DNA of 64,000 bases from a virus: positions 18,822-82,821 of the IMG/VR virus record IMGVR_UViG_3300012950_001127. One strand, given 5' to 3'. A program made the position numbers and the translations under genes. A model generated the notes under the pieces. That model was not told the origin of the DNA. It ran no database searches and saw nothing but the letters and a program-made list of their open reading frames with translations. Of this stretch, positions 39,496 through 49,226 are shown one piece after another (positions within the stretch are counted from its first letter, which is position 1; each line of letters starts with the position of its first letter).

Positions 39496-39531
39496 GAGTC
39501 CTGGCCTAGTAAAATAAGGCTAGGACTTTTT
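39496..39531 (+). terminator. Rho-independent terminator
   Basis: Stem GAGTCCTGGCCT/AGGCTAGGACTT (with G:U pairs) followed by a T run. Confidence 0.75.
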
Positions 39532-39545
39532 ATTTTGAGGTAAAT

Positions 39546-40232
39546 ATGAGTAAGAAAATTTTAAATCATCCCGAAAAGGAAGAGATAATAAAAAAGCTTT
39601 TATCTGGAGACTCTGTAAAAGAGGTTGAACGATGGCTTAAAGAAAAGCATCCAAGGACAAAAAGGCTTCATATTTCCTATATGACTCTTCAGAAGTTTAG
39701 ATCAGAAAATTTAAATTTAAAAGGCGAAGTTCTTGAGGATATAAAAGATAAAAGAACAGAGATTGATCAAGAGTCAAAAGAAGCAGAGGCTAGAATGATC
39801 ATAACAAGCTCTTCTGCATATCAGCAAAAAATAGAAGAAATAGCTTCTTCTGAATTAGACGTTTCAAAAAGACTTCTTGAGATGGACTCACTAATTAATT
39901 CTAGAATAGAATACTATTTTAACTTATTGCAACAAGGCGGCTCTTTGCGCGAAGATAAGATTTTCATTGAGTATGTTAATACTATGAAGTCTATTATGCA
40001 AGACTGGAAGAAATATATTGAAGGATTTGCGGATAAAAAAATAGAACATAATATTAATATTAGTGTAGTAAATGAACAGGCGAAAATTTTGAAAGAAGTT
40101 GTTATGGATGTATTGCAGGAATTAAGTCCAAATCTTATTCCTATATTTGTAGATAAGCTGGATTACAAGATGAAAAAAGCAAATAATGATGATATAAGCT
40201 TAATTGAAGGAGAGGTAATAGATGTTGATTGA
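39546..40232 (+). CDS. HTH/coiled-coil protein, possibly the terminase small subunit
   Basis: N-terminal HTH-like segment, helical body, IEHNINISV and IEGEVID tail; upstream of terL. The function is inferred. Confidence 0.4.
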   Translation: MSKKILNHPEKEEIIKKLLSGDSVKEVERWLKEKHPRTKRLHISYMTLQKFRSENLNLKGEVLEDIKDKRTEIDQESKEAEARMIITSSSAYQQKIEEIASSELDVSKRLLEMDSLINSRIEYYFNLLQQGGSLREDKIFIEYVNTMKSIMQDWKKYIEGFADKKIEHNINISVVNEQAKILKEVVMDVLQELSPNLIPIFVDKLDYKMKKANNDDISLIEGEVIDVD

Positions 40233-40485
40233 AGGAAGACAATATCAGGTTTTAAACCTTGATGACATTAATAGCCTTGTATCTTTGGAGGCTTGGGTCA
40301 AAAGGAATCTTTCTCTTTTTGATGAAGAGGCGAGTGTTTCTTCTGGAAAAATAGAAATTTTTCTAAATTATATTAAAGAAATAGTTAAATCTCAAAAGCC
40401 AGCAGACAAGTCGGAGTGGTTAGAGAAATTAGACGGCTTAGAAGAAAGATTGATAGAAAAAAGAGATCGAGCCGCAGGGGGCTAA
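40222..40485 (+). CDS. Hypothetical protein
   Basis: GAGG SD; overlaps both neighbours. Confidence 0.6.
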   Translation: MLIEGRQYQVLNLDDINSLVSLEAWVKRNLSLFDEEASVSSGKIEIFLNYIKEIVKSQKPADKSEWLEKLDGLEERLIEKRDRAAGG

Positions 40486-42047
40486 TGATGGGAAATATAA
40501 ATAAATATTTATCAATGAAACTGTCTGCTCTTATGACCTCTTCTGACTTGGGCGGCTATAAAGCTTTAACTAAAAGAGCAGAGGCATTATCAACTATTGG
40601 AATAGATAGTAATGAAAAATTTATAAAGTATTTATTTTTAAAAAAAGCAAGTAGAAATTTGGGGCTTAGTGTTGAATCATTTGATATATCAAAGCTATTA
40701 TCTTATAATATTAAGAATATAAATGATGCTTACTATTATCTGCTAAAAAACAGAATTAAGGGTACTATGAAAAAGGTTGCTTATCCAAACTTTGATCCAA
40801 ATATTTATGACAGAATAGAAGATGAGTTTGATTTAAATAAATGGTTAGACGTAACTCATCTTGTTTTTGATGCTGTTTCAAAAAATGAAATGACAAAAGA
40901 GAACGCCCTAGACTATTATAGTAATTTTTTAGATATAGAAAGAGATGAGGATCTTAATTTTAAAAAATGGTTTGAATATTATAGCAAGGGCGAGCATTTA
41001 AAATATAGTTCAGAGGAAAATAAGCAAATGAAAAAGAAAGCACTTTATACTGCAGATTTGGGGCAAGGAAATAACCCATATTATGGCGGAAGCGGAAGTT
41101 CGTATTTAAATAGATCAACTGGTTTTAATATGCCCGGCGATAGTTTTGGCGAGTCTTTATTTGGGGAAGAATCAGAAGAAGAGCAAACAGAGGGCTCTTC
41201 GGAAGGCTGTGGCGCCGGCTCAGGAGATGAGTTTTCAGGATGGAAGAGAAAATTGCATTCTGCATGTAGGCGTATAGACAGGCTTATAAGAAATGATAAG
41301 TTTCTAAATTCAGAAGATTATAAAGCATTGGCAGAATTATTGCTGAATTTAAGCTTGCAGGTTCAAATGTTAAAGCTCGCCTCTACTGCCTCTGATGTAA
41401 CTCATAGGGCTGCTAACAAACTAAATAAGATGGGCTACCTTGGTGAGGCAAGTATACTTAAGAAAATTGCACAAGAAGTCCCCGCCAATCCCCCCGTTGC
41501 CGAAGAGCAGGTTGCTCAAGACCCTGCTTTTGCGAACGCAGCACCAGTGGTTCCGGGGATGCCTGCTGGTGCCCCGGCCGAAGAGCCTCCACGGGCTCCG
41601 ACTATAAAAGACATGATTCCAAATCCAGGAGATGTTGATGCAGCATCTTTAAAAGATATTGTTCCTATTCCTGGAGCGAGACCCGGAGAGTACGAAGAGC
41701 TTGCTGGAGAAGTTAACGTTGAAGATGCGGCAGTAAAATTAGACGAAATTGCGGGCATGCTATCCGACAGAAGGATCATTAGGCGCTTGGCAGAGTTTGA
41801 TATTATGCTGGACAAAATAGGAATTGCCTCAATGTTCCCTGAGCTTGCAGAGTCTCAAAGTAAATTAATTGATTCATTTTCTTACGCTTTAACTAGAGTG
41901 ACAAAGATGATGGGGCAGCTATCTAACGCCAAGACAGTTATTGAGGCTCAGCCAAACTTTGTCCCTGGAGCAGTTCAGGCTCCAGAGCAGGAGGCTCCAG
42001 AGCAGGAGGCTCCAGAACAAGGCCAGGGGTTTCCTCCGGCCATATAA
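40485..42047 (+). CDS. Putative head protein with multiple K-x-A sites and Pro/Glu-rich linkers
   Basis: TAATG overlap start; KKVAY, KKKAL, KLAS and KKIAQ; EAPEQ repeats at the C-terminus. Confidence 0.65.
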   Translation: MMGNINKYLSMKLSALMTSSDLGGYKALTKRAEALSTIGIDSNEKFIKYLFLKKASRNLGLSVESFDISKLLSYNIKNINDAYYYLLKNRIKGTMKKVAYPNFDPNIYDRIEDEFDLNKWLDVTHLVFDAVSKNEMTKENALDYYSNFLDIERDEDLNFKKWFEYYSKGEHLKYSSEENKQMKKKALYTADLGQGNNPYYGGSGSSYLNRSTGFNMPGDSFGESLFGEESEEEQTEGSSEGCGAGSGDEFSGWKRKLHSACRRIDRLIRNDKFLNSEDYKALAELLLNLSLQVQMLKLASTASDVTHRAANKLNKMGYLGEASILKKIAQEVPANPPVAEEQVAQDPAFANAAPVVPGMPAGAPAEEPPRAPTIKDMIPNPGDVDAASLKDIVPIPGARPGEYEELAGEVNVEDAAVKLDEIAGMLSDRRIIRRLAEFDIMLDKIGIASMFPELAESQSKLIDSFSYALTRVTKMMGQLSNAKTVIEAQPNFVPGAVQAPEQEAPEQEAPEQGQGFPPAI

Positions 42048-42077
42048 TGCTATAATTAAACACTTAGAGGCTTAGCG

Positions 42078-42926
42078 ATGAATAAAGATGAAATATATAA
42101 TATTATTTTAAAAATAAGTAAAGAAAATTATATTTCAGAGCCATTTGTTGTAGGGGGAACTCCCCGGGATATTTACCGAGGCGAAGAAGATTCCAATCCA
42201 GATATAGACATTACTACGAATGATGCAGATATATTGAGGTTGGCAATTTTAGCTGCCGATAGCCTAAAGCTTAGGTTTCATTTGTTTAATGATGGGCATG
42301 TTTCTGTGTATGTTGCAGAGCCAGAAGAGTCATATGCTTTAGACTTTTCAAGCAACTTTGTTTCAAAAGATGCAATCGCTTATATAGATAGAGAGCTTAG
42401 GCATGTAGCTAATTCGCCAAAATTATATGAAGTATATAGCAGAGATTTTACGATGAATACGCTTCATAAAAGATTACTTAGTGACGAAATTATTGATCCA
42501 ACCAATATGGGTATGAAAGATATAGATAATAAAATTATAAGAACGGTTGTTCCGCCAAATATTACGTTCTATGATGATAAGCGAAGATTGTGGAGAGCAA
42601 TTCGATTTGCTGCAAAATTTAATTTTAAAATTGATGATAAAATAATAGATTACGTAAAAAGCGTTAGAGATGAATTCACAGGAGAAGGAAAGTGGGGAAA
42701 GGCCGGACCCGGAAGAAAAGTTAGTGACCAATTTGTTTCAACATCTGTGGGTGAAGCGCTTAAGTATAATCCAGAGCTAACAATGCATTATATAAATGAA
42801 ATGGATTTACTTCCTGCGGTTCCATTGTCTGGAAGATTTAAAGAAGAAATAATAAATAGAAAGTTAGTAAATAAATATTTAGATGATGTTATTAATTTGA
42901 GCGAATATGAATTAAGTGTTTTGTAA
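42078..42926 (+). CDS. Class II (CCA-adding/poly(A) polymerase family) nucleotidyltransferase
   Basis: VVGG.PRD, DIDITT, RDFTMN, DP..G..DI, IRTV and DDKRRLWRAIRFA. Confidence 0.88.
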   Translation: MNKDEIYNIILKISKENYISEPFVVGGTPRDIYRGEEDSNPDIDITTNDADILRLAILAADSLKLRFHLFNDGHVSVYVAEPEESYALDFSSNFVSKDAIAYIDRELRHVANSPKLYEVYSRDFTMNTLHKRLLSDEIIDPTNMGMKDIDNKIIRTVVPPNITFYDDKRRLWRAIRFAAKFNFKIDDKIIDYVKSVRDEFTGEGKWGKAGPGRKVSDQFVSTSVGEALKYNPELTMHYINEMDLLPAVPLSGRFKEEIINRKLVNKYLDDVINLSEYELSVL

Positions 42927-42961
42927 TATAGTATTATATATCATGTCATTTATTCAAAATT

Positions 42962-42968
42962 TACTAAT
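42962..42968 (+). promoter_or_regulatory. Candidate late promoter TACTAAT
   Basis: The same motif recurs upstream of several head-module genes. Confidence 0.55.
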
Positions 42969-42995
42969 ATTTTTCTCATTTATAGAGAAGGATGC

Positions 42996-43430
42996 ATGAT
43001 CAGAGGTAAAAGCCACAAATGTCCATTTGGACTTTCAATAACAGATGGGTGTAAAACTGCCGGCGGAATTATAGAAGGAACAAAGATGATGGCCATATCT
43101 GAGATGCAACCACTTGATATTTTTGAAAAAAAAGAGGACGCTAAAGAAGCTATGAATGATAATTTAGATATAATGATTATGGTTGGAGAGCCTATGCGCT
43201 GCCCCTTTGCCGACTTAGTATTAGAAGAGAGGAATGCTGTTGACTGCAAATATGATCCAGAGCATTCGTCAGTGCCTGCGGGAAATGTTGGATTAACCGG
43301 CAGCCCGCTCTACCCACACACGTTTGTTGGTAATATGTCTGAGGCCCAATACGGGTACCCATTAGAATATTATTCTGATAATAATGAAAGTAGAGACGTA
43401 TATTATGGACTTTATAGTTTAATAGGATAA
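42996..43430 (+). CDS. Cys-containing hypothetical protein
   Basis: CPFG...C...CPF...C; preceded by TACTAAT. Confidence 0.65.
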   Translation: MIRGKSHKCPFGLSITDGCKTAGGIIEGTKMMAISEMQPLDIFEKKEDAKEAMNDNLDIMIMVGEPMRCPFADLVLEERNAVDCKYDPEHSSVPAGNVGLTGSPLYPHTFVGNMSEAQYGYPLEYYSDNNESRDVYYGLYSLIG

Positions 43431-43435
43431 ATAAA

Positions 43436-45118
43436 ATGAATAAAAAATTTACAACATCATCAGTTTACAGAGAGCCTCAAAGTTCTGATTCAACGATTTA
43501 TATCGAAAAAGAAGCTCAGTGGCAAAGACAGGTAGGCGAAGCGGCCGGCCGGTTCGGGGAAGCCCTTAGGGGCTCTGAGGGCAGGGAGCAAAGGACTAGA
43601 GCTAGATGGAATCGGCAAGACGAGAGCACATCTGGTAGGCGCGACCGGCGAGACCAAAGAGAGGCGGGTTCTGACCAAAGAAGAGAAAATAGACGGGAAA
43701 GACAAGATCTGTCTAGAGAACAAGGAAGGTCTTATAGCCCTTGGAATCAAAATGATGCTCGTGTAGATCGTAAGCGTGAGCGCCAAGATGCTGGCGAGGC
43801 GGCTTCTGACCAAAGAAGAGAAGATAGACGAGAAAGACAAGATCTATCTAGAGATCATTCTAGAGAAGAATACGCCCAAAGGCAAGGATGGGGCGATTAC
43901 GGCCAGGCCTCGGACGCAGCAGCAGGAGGCGCAGCCGAGATGGCAGAGTCACCATTGGGTCAACTGGCTTCGGATCGTCCACCCACCGTTAATAACCCAG
44001 AGTCTATGCAGGCCTTAGAAGAGGCTGCCGCCGCTGATACTGCGGCGGACTCACAATGGCCCACCACCGTTAATAACCCAGAGTCTATGCAGGCCTTAGA
44101 AGAGGCTGCCGCAGCAGATGCTGCGAGCTCTAACGCGAATGATGGCGTAGTTTATGTAGAGGGAGTAAATAACGCAGCAGATTATATGTTAGATGATGCT
44201 TTAGGCCTGGGCGGAGGTGACGTTGTCTTCGTGGAAGAAGTGTCAGAGAATATTCCCCTTCCTCTTGAAGAAGTTACTTTTCAAGAAGGTCCGACCTCGG
44301 GGCATGAAATGAAAGATTTAAGCTTAGGAGACGTTGTAGATGGCCTAGCAGATGTTTTAGATGACGCAGGAGACCTCGGAGAAGAGTTTGAGAAGCTAAA
44401 GAAGTATGTTCCTGGAACTCAAATGGACGAAGATGAATTAGATGACGCGCCAAAGGCAGAGACAAATTATTTAGATGACGGAGATTTGTCTAAGTTTTTG
44501 GGACATATTACAGAGCAGTATCCGGCAAACATACCTCAACATGACGGCAGAAGTCAGTTGGGCTGCGAAAGAGCTGTTAGCTGGCTTGAAAGACTTAATA
44601 GTGAAATTTCTAAAAATATTCGTTTAGACACAGACAATTCTTTAGACTCAGATATACATAAGCTTGAAGAAATTCGTGTAAATGTTATGCGAGATATTCT
44701 TGTTCTCAAAAATCACTTAGCTAAATTAAAGAAGAGATTTAAAGAAGAAAACAAGAAGAGCGCATCTTTGGATATAGACGGAATACCAAGCTGGACAAGC
44801 TCTGGCGGAGATGAGGTGGAATATTCCGACCTAAAAAAGGAGGCCTCTACGCCAAGAAAGATGGTTATTGCAGTGCCCCCATTTCAGAGGGCTATAACGG
44901 GAATTCTAATCAACGCGCATATCTCTGGAGGCCATCCAATGGAAGATGTTTATGAGTTTTTGTCAAAGAAGTATTCCATAGAGCCACGTGAAGAACTTGC
45001 AATAATGCAGGTGTGCATGGATAGTGGGTTCCCCATCTTTAAAGACAGAGGAACTTACTCTGGAGGATCAAAAGATTCTAACAAGGCCATGGATTTTGTA
45101 AGGAATTATTTTGCATAG
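43436..45118 (+). CDS. Putative head protein with a low-complexity Arg/Gln/Ala-rich insert
   Basis: KEAQ, KKSAS and KKEAS sites; internal DNA repeats. Confidence 0.65.
   Translation: MNKKFTTSSVYREPQSSDSTIYIEKEAQWQRQVGEAAGRFGEALRGSEGREQRTRARWNRQDESTSGRRDRRDQREAGSDQRRENRRERQDLSREQGRSYSPWNQNDARVDRKRERQDAGEAASDQRREDRRERQDLSRDHSREEYAQRQGWGDYGQASDAAAGGAAEMAESPLGQLASDRPPTVNNPESMQALEEAAAADTAADSQWPTTVNNPESMQALEEAAAADAASSNANDGVVYVEGVNNAADYMLDDALGLGGGDVVFVEEVSENIPLPLEEVTFQEGPTSGHEMKDLSLGDVVDGLADVLDDAGDLGEEFEKLKKYVPGTQMDEDELDDAPKAETNYLDDGDLSKFLGHITEQYPANIPQHDGRSQLGCERAVSWLERLNSEISKNIRLDTDNSLDSDIHKLEEIRVNVMRDILVLKNHLAKLKKRFKEENKKSASLDIDGIPSWTSSGGDEVEYSDLKKEASTPRKMVIAVPPFQRAITGILINAHISGGHPMEDVYEFLSKKYSIEPREELAIMQVCMDSGFPIFKDRGTYSGGSKDSNKAMDFVRNYFA
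43661..44112 (+). repeat. Two in-frame direct repeat pairs: 43661-43719/43796-43854 (59 bp, 4 mismatches) and 43983-44031/44064-44112 (49 bp, exact)
   Basis: Read directly from the sequence. Periods are 135 and 81 bp, both multiples of 3. Confidence 0.85.
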
Positions 45119-45127
45119 AGAACTAGT

Positions 45128-45715
45128 ATGAAAGTAAAAAGACAAAATATTAGCGAAGAATATAATACAACGGTTGATTGGATTAATGATTTTTCAAATA
45201 ATTTAAATAAAAATGCTGATTATTTGACTAATCTTAAATCCATAATGAAAAGTAGAAATGATTTTTCATCTACAGATGAGAAGATTGCAGATCTAAAAAG
45301 TAGGGTCGGATTTGACTTAATAAAGAATGTTCAATTGTCGGAAGGCAAAAATATAAAATCAGCTTCATGCGCATGCGGAGGTTCTTGCAATTCATGCCAA
45401 ATGAAATCGCATTATGGAGAAGACGCTTTTGAAAAAGTTAGAAATATTGTCAAATATATTGGAGATTTAGTAAGTGATCGACCTGATGCAAGCTTGCCTA
45501 TGATACTTTCTGAATGCAGAGAAAATCCTGAATTAGGCTTTTCTAACTTGGAAGGCATGATTGATCCGGTTCAATTAAGAGATTTAATAACAAAACTAAC
45601 TAGTAAACACGAAAAAGTTCAGGACAAAGTAGAATATATACCTCAGGCTGAAATATCAGTTGTTAATGATGATGATGTTGCCGACTATATTAACCATGCA
45701 AGTCCTGGATCGTAA
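45128..45715 (+). CDS. Hypothetical protein upstream of terminase
   Basis: KSASCACGGSCNSC Cys cluster; TAATG overlap with terL. Confidence 0.65.
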   Translation: MKVKRQNISEEYNTTVDWINDFSNNLNKNADYLTNLKSIMKSRNDFSSTDEKIADLKSRVGFDLIKNVQLSEGKNIKSASCACGGSCNSCQMKSHYGEDAFEKVRNIVKYIGDLVSDRPDASLPMILSECRENPELGFSNLEGMIDPVQLRDLITKLTSKHEKVQDKVEYIPQAEISVVNDDDVADYINHASPGS

Positions 45716-47496
45716 TGCTTCAAAAAAAAAATGCAAAAACTCAAGAGCAGCTTTTTGAGCAGCTAAAAACTAGTTTTTTAGATTTTGATCCAGCAAATTT
45801 TGTTCAAAATAATTTAACTTTAGACGGCGCAGAGTTTAAAGTTTTAGATAATGGATGGAAGTTTATGGCCGATATATATCGGTATATTGCTTTGCAGGCC
45901 ACAAGAAGAGACGGAAAGCCAGTTGTTATAAAGAAGGGTCGCCAGGTCGGGGCGACCGTTATGGCAGGCGCTCTTGATTTATTTTTTACGAATAGCGGCC
46001 TGTTTGACAAGCCAAATGTTAGGGTTGTTCATCTTTTTCCGGCTTTAGGTCAGGTAAAAAAGTTTTCGCAAGATAAGCTTGAAACTTTAATCAGAACAGC
46101 TAAAGATGATTTTGTAAATAAAAATAAATTAATAAGCTCAAATTCTGTTGATAATTTAACCATGAAGCAGTTTAACAAAGGCACTTTGTGGATAGATAGT
46201 TTAGGCACAGATGGTGATAGAATTCGTGGTATGACGGCGGATATAATCTTTTTTGACGAAGTTCAGGACATGTTTGGTCATGCCATTGGAAATGCTACAA
46301 AGATTTTAACGGCAGCAAAATATGGCCCAACCGGTCAGGGCGTTCAAGTCTTCTTTGGAACGCCAAAAGATAAAAGTAGTTATTTTTCAACCATTTGGGA
46401 TATGTCAGATCAGAGATATTATCACTTGGGTTGTATAAACTGTAAAAAAACGTATCCTTTTTATCTTCCCAACGATGATCGCTGGAAATCTATTTGGCTA
46501 TATGAAAATACAATTCAGTGCCCCTTGTGTGGCACAAAGCAAAAAAAGGTAGAAGCGATAGAGTACGGCAGATGGGTTGGCGCTAAGAATGCAGAAGAGG
46601 CCGAATTTGTTGGATTTCACCTGAATCAGCTTTATATTCCTTATTTTACAAAAGAGAATATAGAAAAATTAATGCCTGAAAATAATCCATCTCAAACTGA
46701 ACGAATTTGGCATAATGAAGTTATAGGTGAATTTTATTCTGGGGCGGGGATGCCTTTGACCAAGCGTGATATATATAATAATTGTAGAGATCCGGATCGT
46801 GAATTTGCAAAGAGTATTGGCGCAAATGAAAAAACAGTTTATCTTGGCGTGGATTGGGGAGGAAAAGATGATGACCCAAACTCTCGGGGCGGACAATCTT
46901 TTTCGTGTGTTGTAATTTTGTCTGCTCAGCCAGACGGAACTCTTTTAATCGAGCATGCACATAAGCTTAAGAAGAATACATTTGATTATAAAAAAGATAC
47001 AATAAAAGAGATGTACAGGCGATTCGCTGTAACGCGAGGGGTGTCAGATTGGTTTTTTGGACAAGATGTAGTGCATGATATTCAGGTTATGTATAGAGAT
47101 CGATTTATAGGAGCTCAAGGCAGTGGCAGCCTGATAAAGCCAATAAAGTATAGAGAAGATGAATTAATTGTATCTTATAATAAAGACCTTATGATTGAAG
47201 AGTTGTTTGATTTAATTAGAAAGGGTAGGATTAGATTTCCATGGAAAAGCTATGAATATATTGAGTGGTTAATAGATCATTGTACATCAATGGAATCTAA
47301 AATAAGAGTAACGGCAGGACAGCCAATAAAATCTTTTCAAAAAGGCGTTGGGCCAAATGATGGATTAATGGCATTAATGTATGCATATATTGCTTATAAA
47401 TTTGATGCAACAAAAGGCTTTACTATTAAGCCGGGATTATATAAGCCGACACGATATCCAAATCCTGTATTGGCAAAAGTTAAAAGGAGAGTTTAA
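45715..47496 (+). CDS. terL: Terminase large subunit (lambda GpA-like, with zinc finger)
   Basis: KGRQVGAT, IRG, FFDEVQD, GTP, CxxC...CPLC, LGVDWG and NDGLMA; immediately upstream of the portal. Confidence 0.9.
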   Translation: MLQKKNAKTQEQLFEQLKTSFLDFDPANFVQNNLTLDGAEFKVLDNGWKFMADIYRYIALQATRRDGKPVVIKKGRQVGATVMAGALDLFFTNSGLFDKPNVRVVHLFPALGQVKKFSQDKLETLIRTAKDDFVNKNKLISSNSVDNLTMKQFNKGTLWIDSLGTDGDRIRGMTADIIFFDEVQDMFGHAIGNATKILTAAKYGPTGQGVQVFFGTPKDKSSYFSTIWDMSDQRYYHLGCINCKKTYPFYLPNDDRWKSIWLYENTIQCPLCGTKQKKVEAIEYGRWVGAKNAEEAEFVGFHLNQLYIPYFTKENIEKLMPENNPSQTERIWHNEVIGEFYSGAGMPLTKRDIYNNCRDPDREFAKSIGANEKTVYLGVDWGGKDDDPNSRGGQSFSCVVILSAQPDGTLLIEHAHKLKKNTFDYKKDTIKEMYRRFAVTRGVSDWFFGQDVVHDIQVMYRDRFIGAQGSGSLIKPIKYREDELIVSYNKDLMIEELFDLIRKGRIRFPWKSYEYIEWLIDHCTSMESKIRVTAGQPIKSFQKGVGPNDGLMALMYAYIAYKFDATKGFTIKPGLYKPTRYPNPVLAKVKRRV

Positions 47497-47499
47497 AAA

Positions 47500-49191
47500 A
47501 TGAGACGAGTTAGTAGGCCCCCCACAAAGATTTCCAAAAAAGCTGCAAATTCTATATCTGAAGTCAGAAGAGCTCAGATTACTGATGCTGCCAATAAGAA
47601 GATGGATGCAGATAATGAATTAGGCTTTAAAGCATCCGTAGCACATAGCCCCAATTTTTCTAAGATTGGCTCTATAGCAAGCCCTATGCCTGGGCCGTCA
47701 GCTTCATCAACTACAGATCGATTATCTCCAGAAATTTATTCTCCGTTATTTCAGCTTGCAAATTTAAATCTACCTCGTGATCGAGTTACGATGAATGCCT
47801 GGAATAGGGTTTTTTACGATACTCATCCGATGGTTAGAAACGCAATAAATCTTCACGCTTCTTACCCAATTAGCAAAATAAACATAACTTGTAAAAATAA
47901 AAAAGTGCAAGAATTTTTTATGCAGATGGCTGAAAAGATTGATCTTTACTCCATTGTATATGGTGTAGCCTTAGAGTTTTGGAAAATGGGCGAGGCGTTT
48001 CCGTATGGAGAGTTGGATGAAAACTCTGGAACATGGAGCAGAATAACTGTTTTAAATCCAGACTATGTACATGTAAAGAAGTCTGTCATTGGAAATCACA
48101 CAATGATATCTTTAAGGCCAGACGCAAATTTGCAAAGAATTGTAAATTCTTCTTCTCCGTCTGATTTGTCTATGAGGAAGCATATTCCAAAACATATTAT
48201 ACAATATGTAAAGAAGGGGCAAAATATACCGCTTGATTCTTTTAATATTTCACACTTAAAGCTATTAAGCTCTCCATACGATGTCAGAGGAACCTCTGTA
48301 TGCGTATCTATATATAAAGATTTAATGCTTTACGATAAATTTCGCGAGTGCAAATTTGCTCAAGCAGACGGAATGGTAAACCCGCTAACCTTGGTAACTT
48401 TGGGCGGAGAGGGAGATTATAGAGCTACGCAGGCCGATATTGAGGCGTTTAAAAATGTTTTAGAAGAAGCGCAATATGATAAAGATTTTAAGATAGTAAC
48501 ACATAATGGTGTTAAGATTGAAAGAGCAGGATTTTCAGGAGGGCTTGTAGATATAGGGACAGACATTGAGCACATTGTTACAAACCTGTACGCTGGCCTT
48601 ATGGTTCCTAAGGCGCTGATGGACCAAGAATCTGCAACGTATGCAAGCTCCTCTGTGGGGCTGGATGTTTTGCGGCAAAGATATGATATTTTTAGAAATA
48701 TGATAAAAAAGTGGTTAGAAAGAAAGGTGTTTGCTCCAATTTGTGAGCTTCAGGACTTCTTTGAATATAAAGATGGAGAGAAAAGACTTTTGATTCCATC
48801 AATTGATTTTAATCATATGAATCTTTATGATATGTCTGATTATGTAACAAATATATCTCAATTTGTTGGAAATAAGCAAGTTTCTCTTCAAACTTTGCAT
48901 AGAAGCCTTGGGTTAAGCTACGAGGAAGAGCGAAGAAGAATTAGAGAAGAGATGATAGATGAGCAAGTTTTTGCAAAAGAGCAACAAGTTTTGGGGAACA
49001 TGAGATTGTCAGAGCTTTTGACAATAGATCCAAACAAAACTATTCAAGAGCCGCCAGAGGGTGCTGCGCCAGGAGGAGGCGAGGGGCTCCCCGGAGTTCC
49101 TCCCGGTGGCGGACCTCCTCCCGGTGGACCTCCTCCCGGCGGACTTCCTCCCGGTGGACCTCCTCCTGGCGGCGGGCCGCCTGAGTTATAA
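47500..49191 (+). CDS. Portal protein with a (GGPPP)n tail
   Basis: Follows terL; HP.V.NAI.L, GEAFPY, VLNPDYV, PY..RGTS, GL.VPKAL and VSLQTL...LGL.YE.E portal-like pattern. Confidence 0.8.
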   Translation: MRRVSRPPTKISKKAANSISEVRRAQITDAANKKMDADNELGFKASVAHSPNFSKIGSIASPMPGPSASSTTDRLSPEIYSPLFQLANLNLPRDRVTMNAWNRVFYDTHPMVRNAINLHASYPISKINITCKNKKVQEFFMQMAEKIDLYSIVYGVALEFWKMGEAFPYGELDENSGTWSRITVLNPDYVHVKKSVIGNHTMISLRPDANLQRIVNSSSPSDLSMRKHIPKHIIQYVKKGQNIPLDSFNISHLKLLSSPYDVRGTSVCVSIYKDLMLYDKFRECKFAQADGMVNPLTLVTLGGEGDYRATQADIEAFKNVLEEAQYDKDFKIVTHNGVKIERAGFSGGLVDIGTDIEHIVTNLYAGLMVPKALMDQESATYASSSVGLDVLRQRYDIFRNMIKKWLERKVFAPICELQDFFEYKDGEKRLLIPSIDFNHMNLYDMSDYVTNISQFVGNKQVSLQTLHRSLGLSYEEERRRIREEMIDEQVFAKEQQVLGNMRLSELLTIDPNKTIQEPPEGAAPGGGEGLPGVPPGGGPPPGGPPPGGLPPGGPPPGGGPPEL

Positions 49192-49226
49192 GGCGTTTTA
49201 AATATATGAATAATGGTATATAAAAT

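Noticed and set aside
25565-47496. Inteins or introns in dnaE, recA or terL
   Set aside because: Lengths are normal, the ORFs are continuous and no intein terminal motifs are evident.
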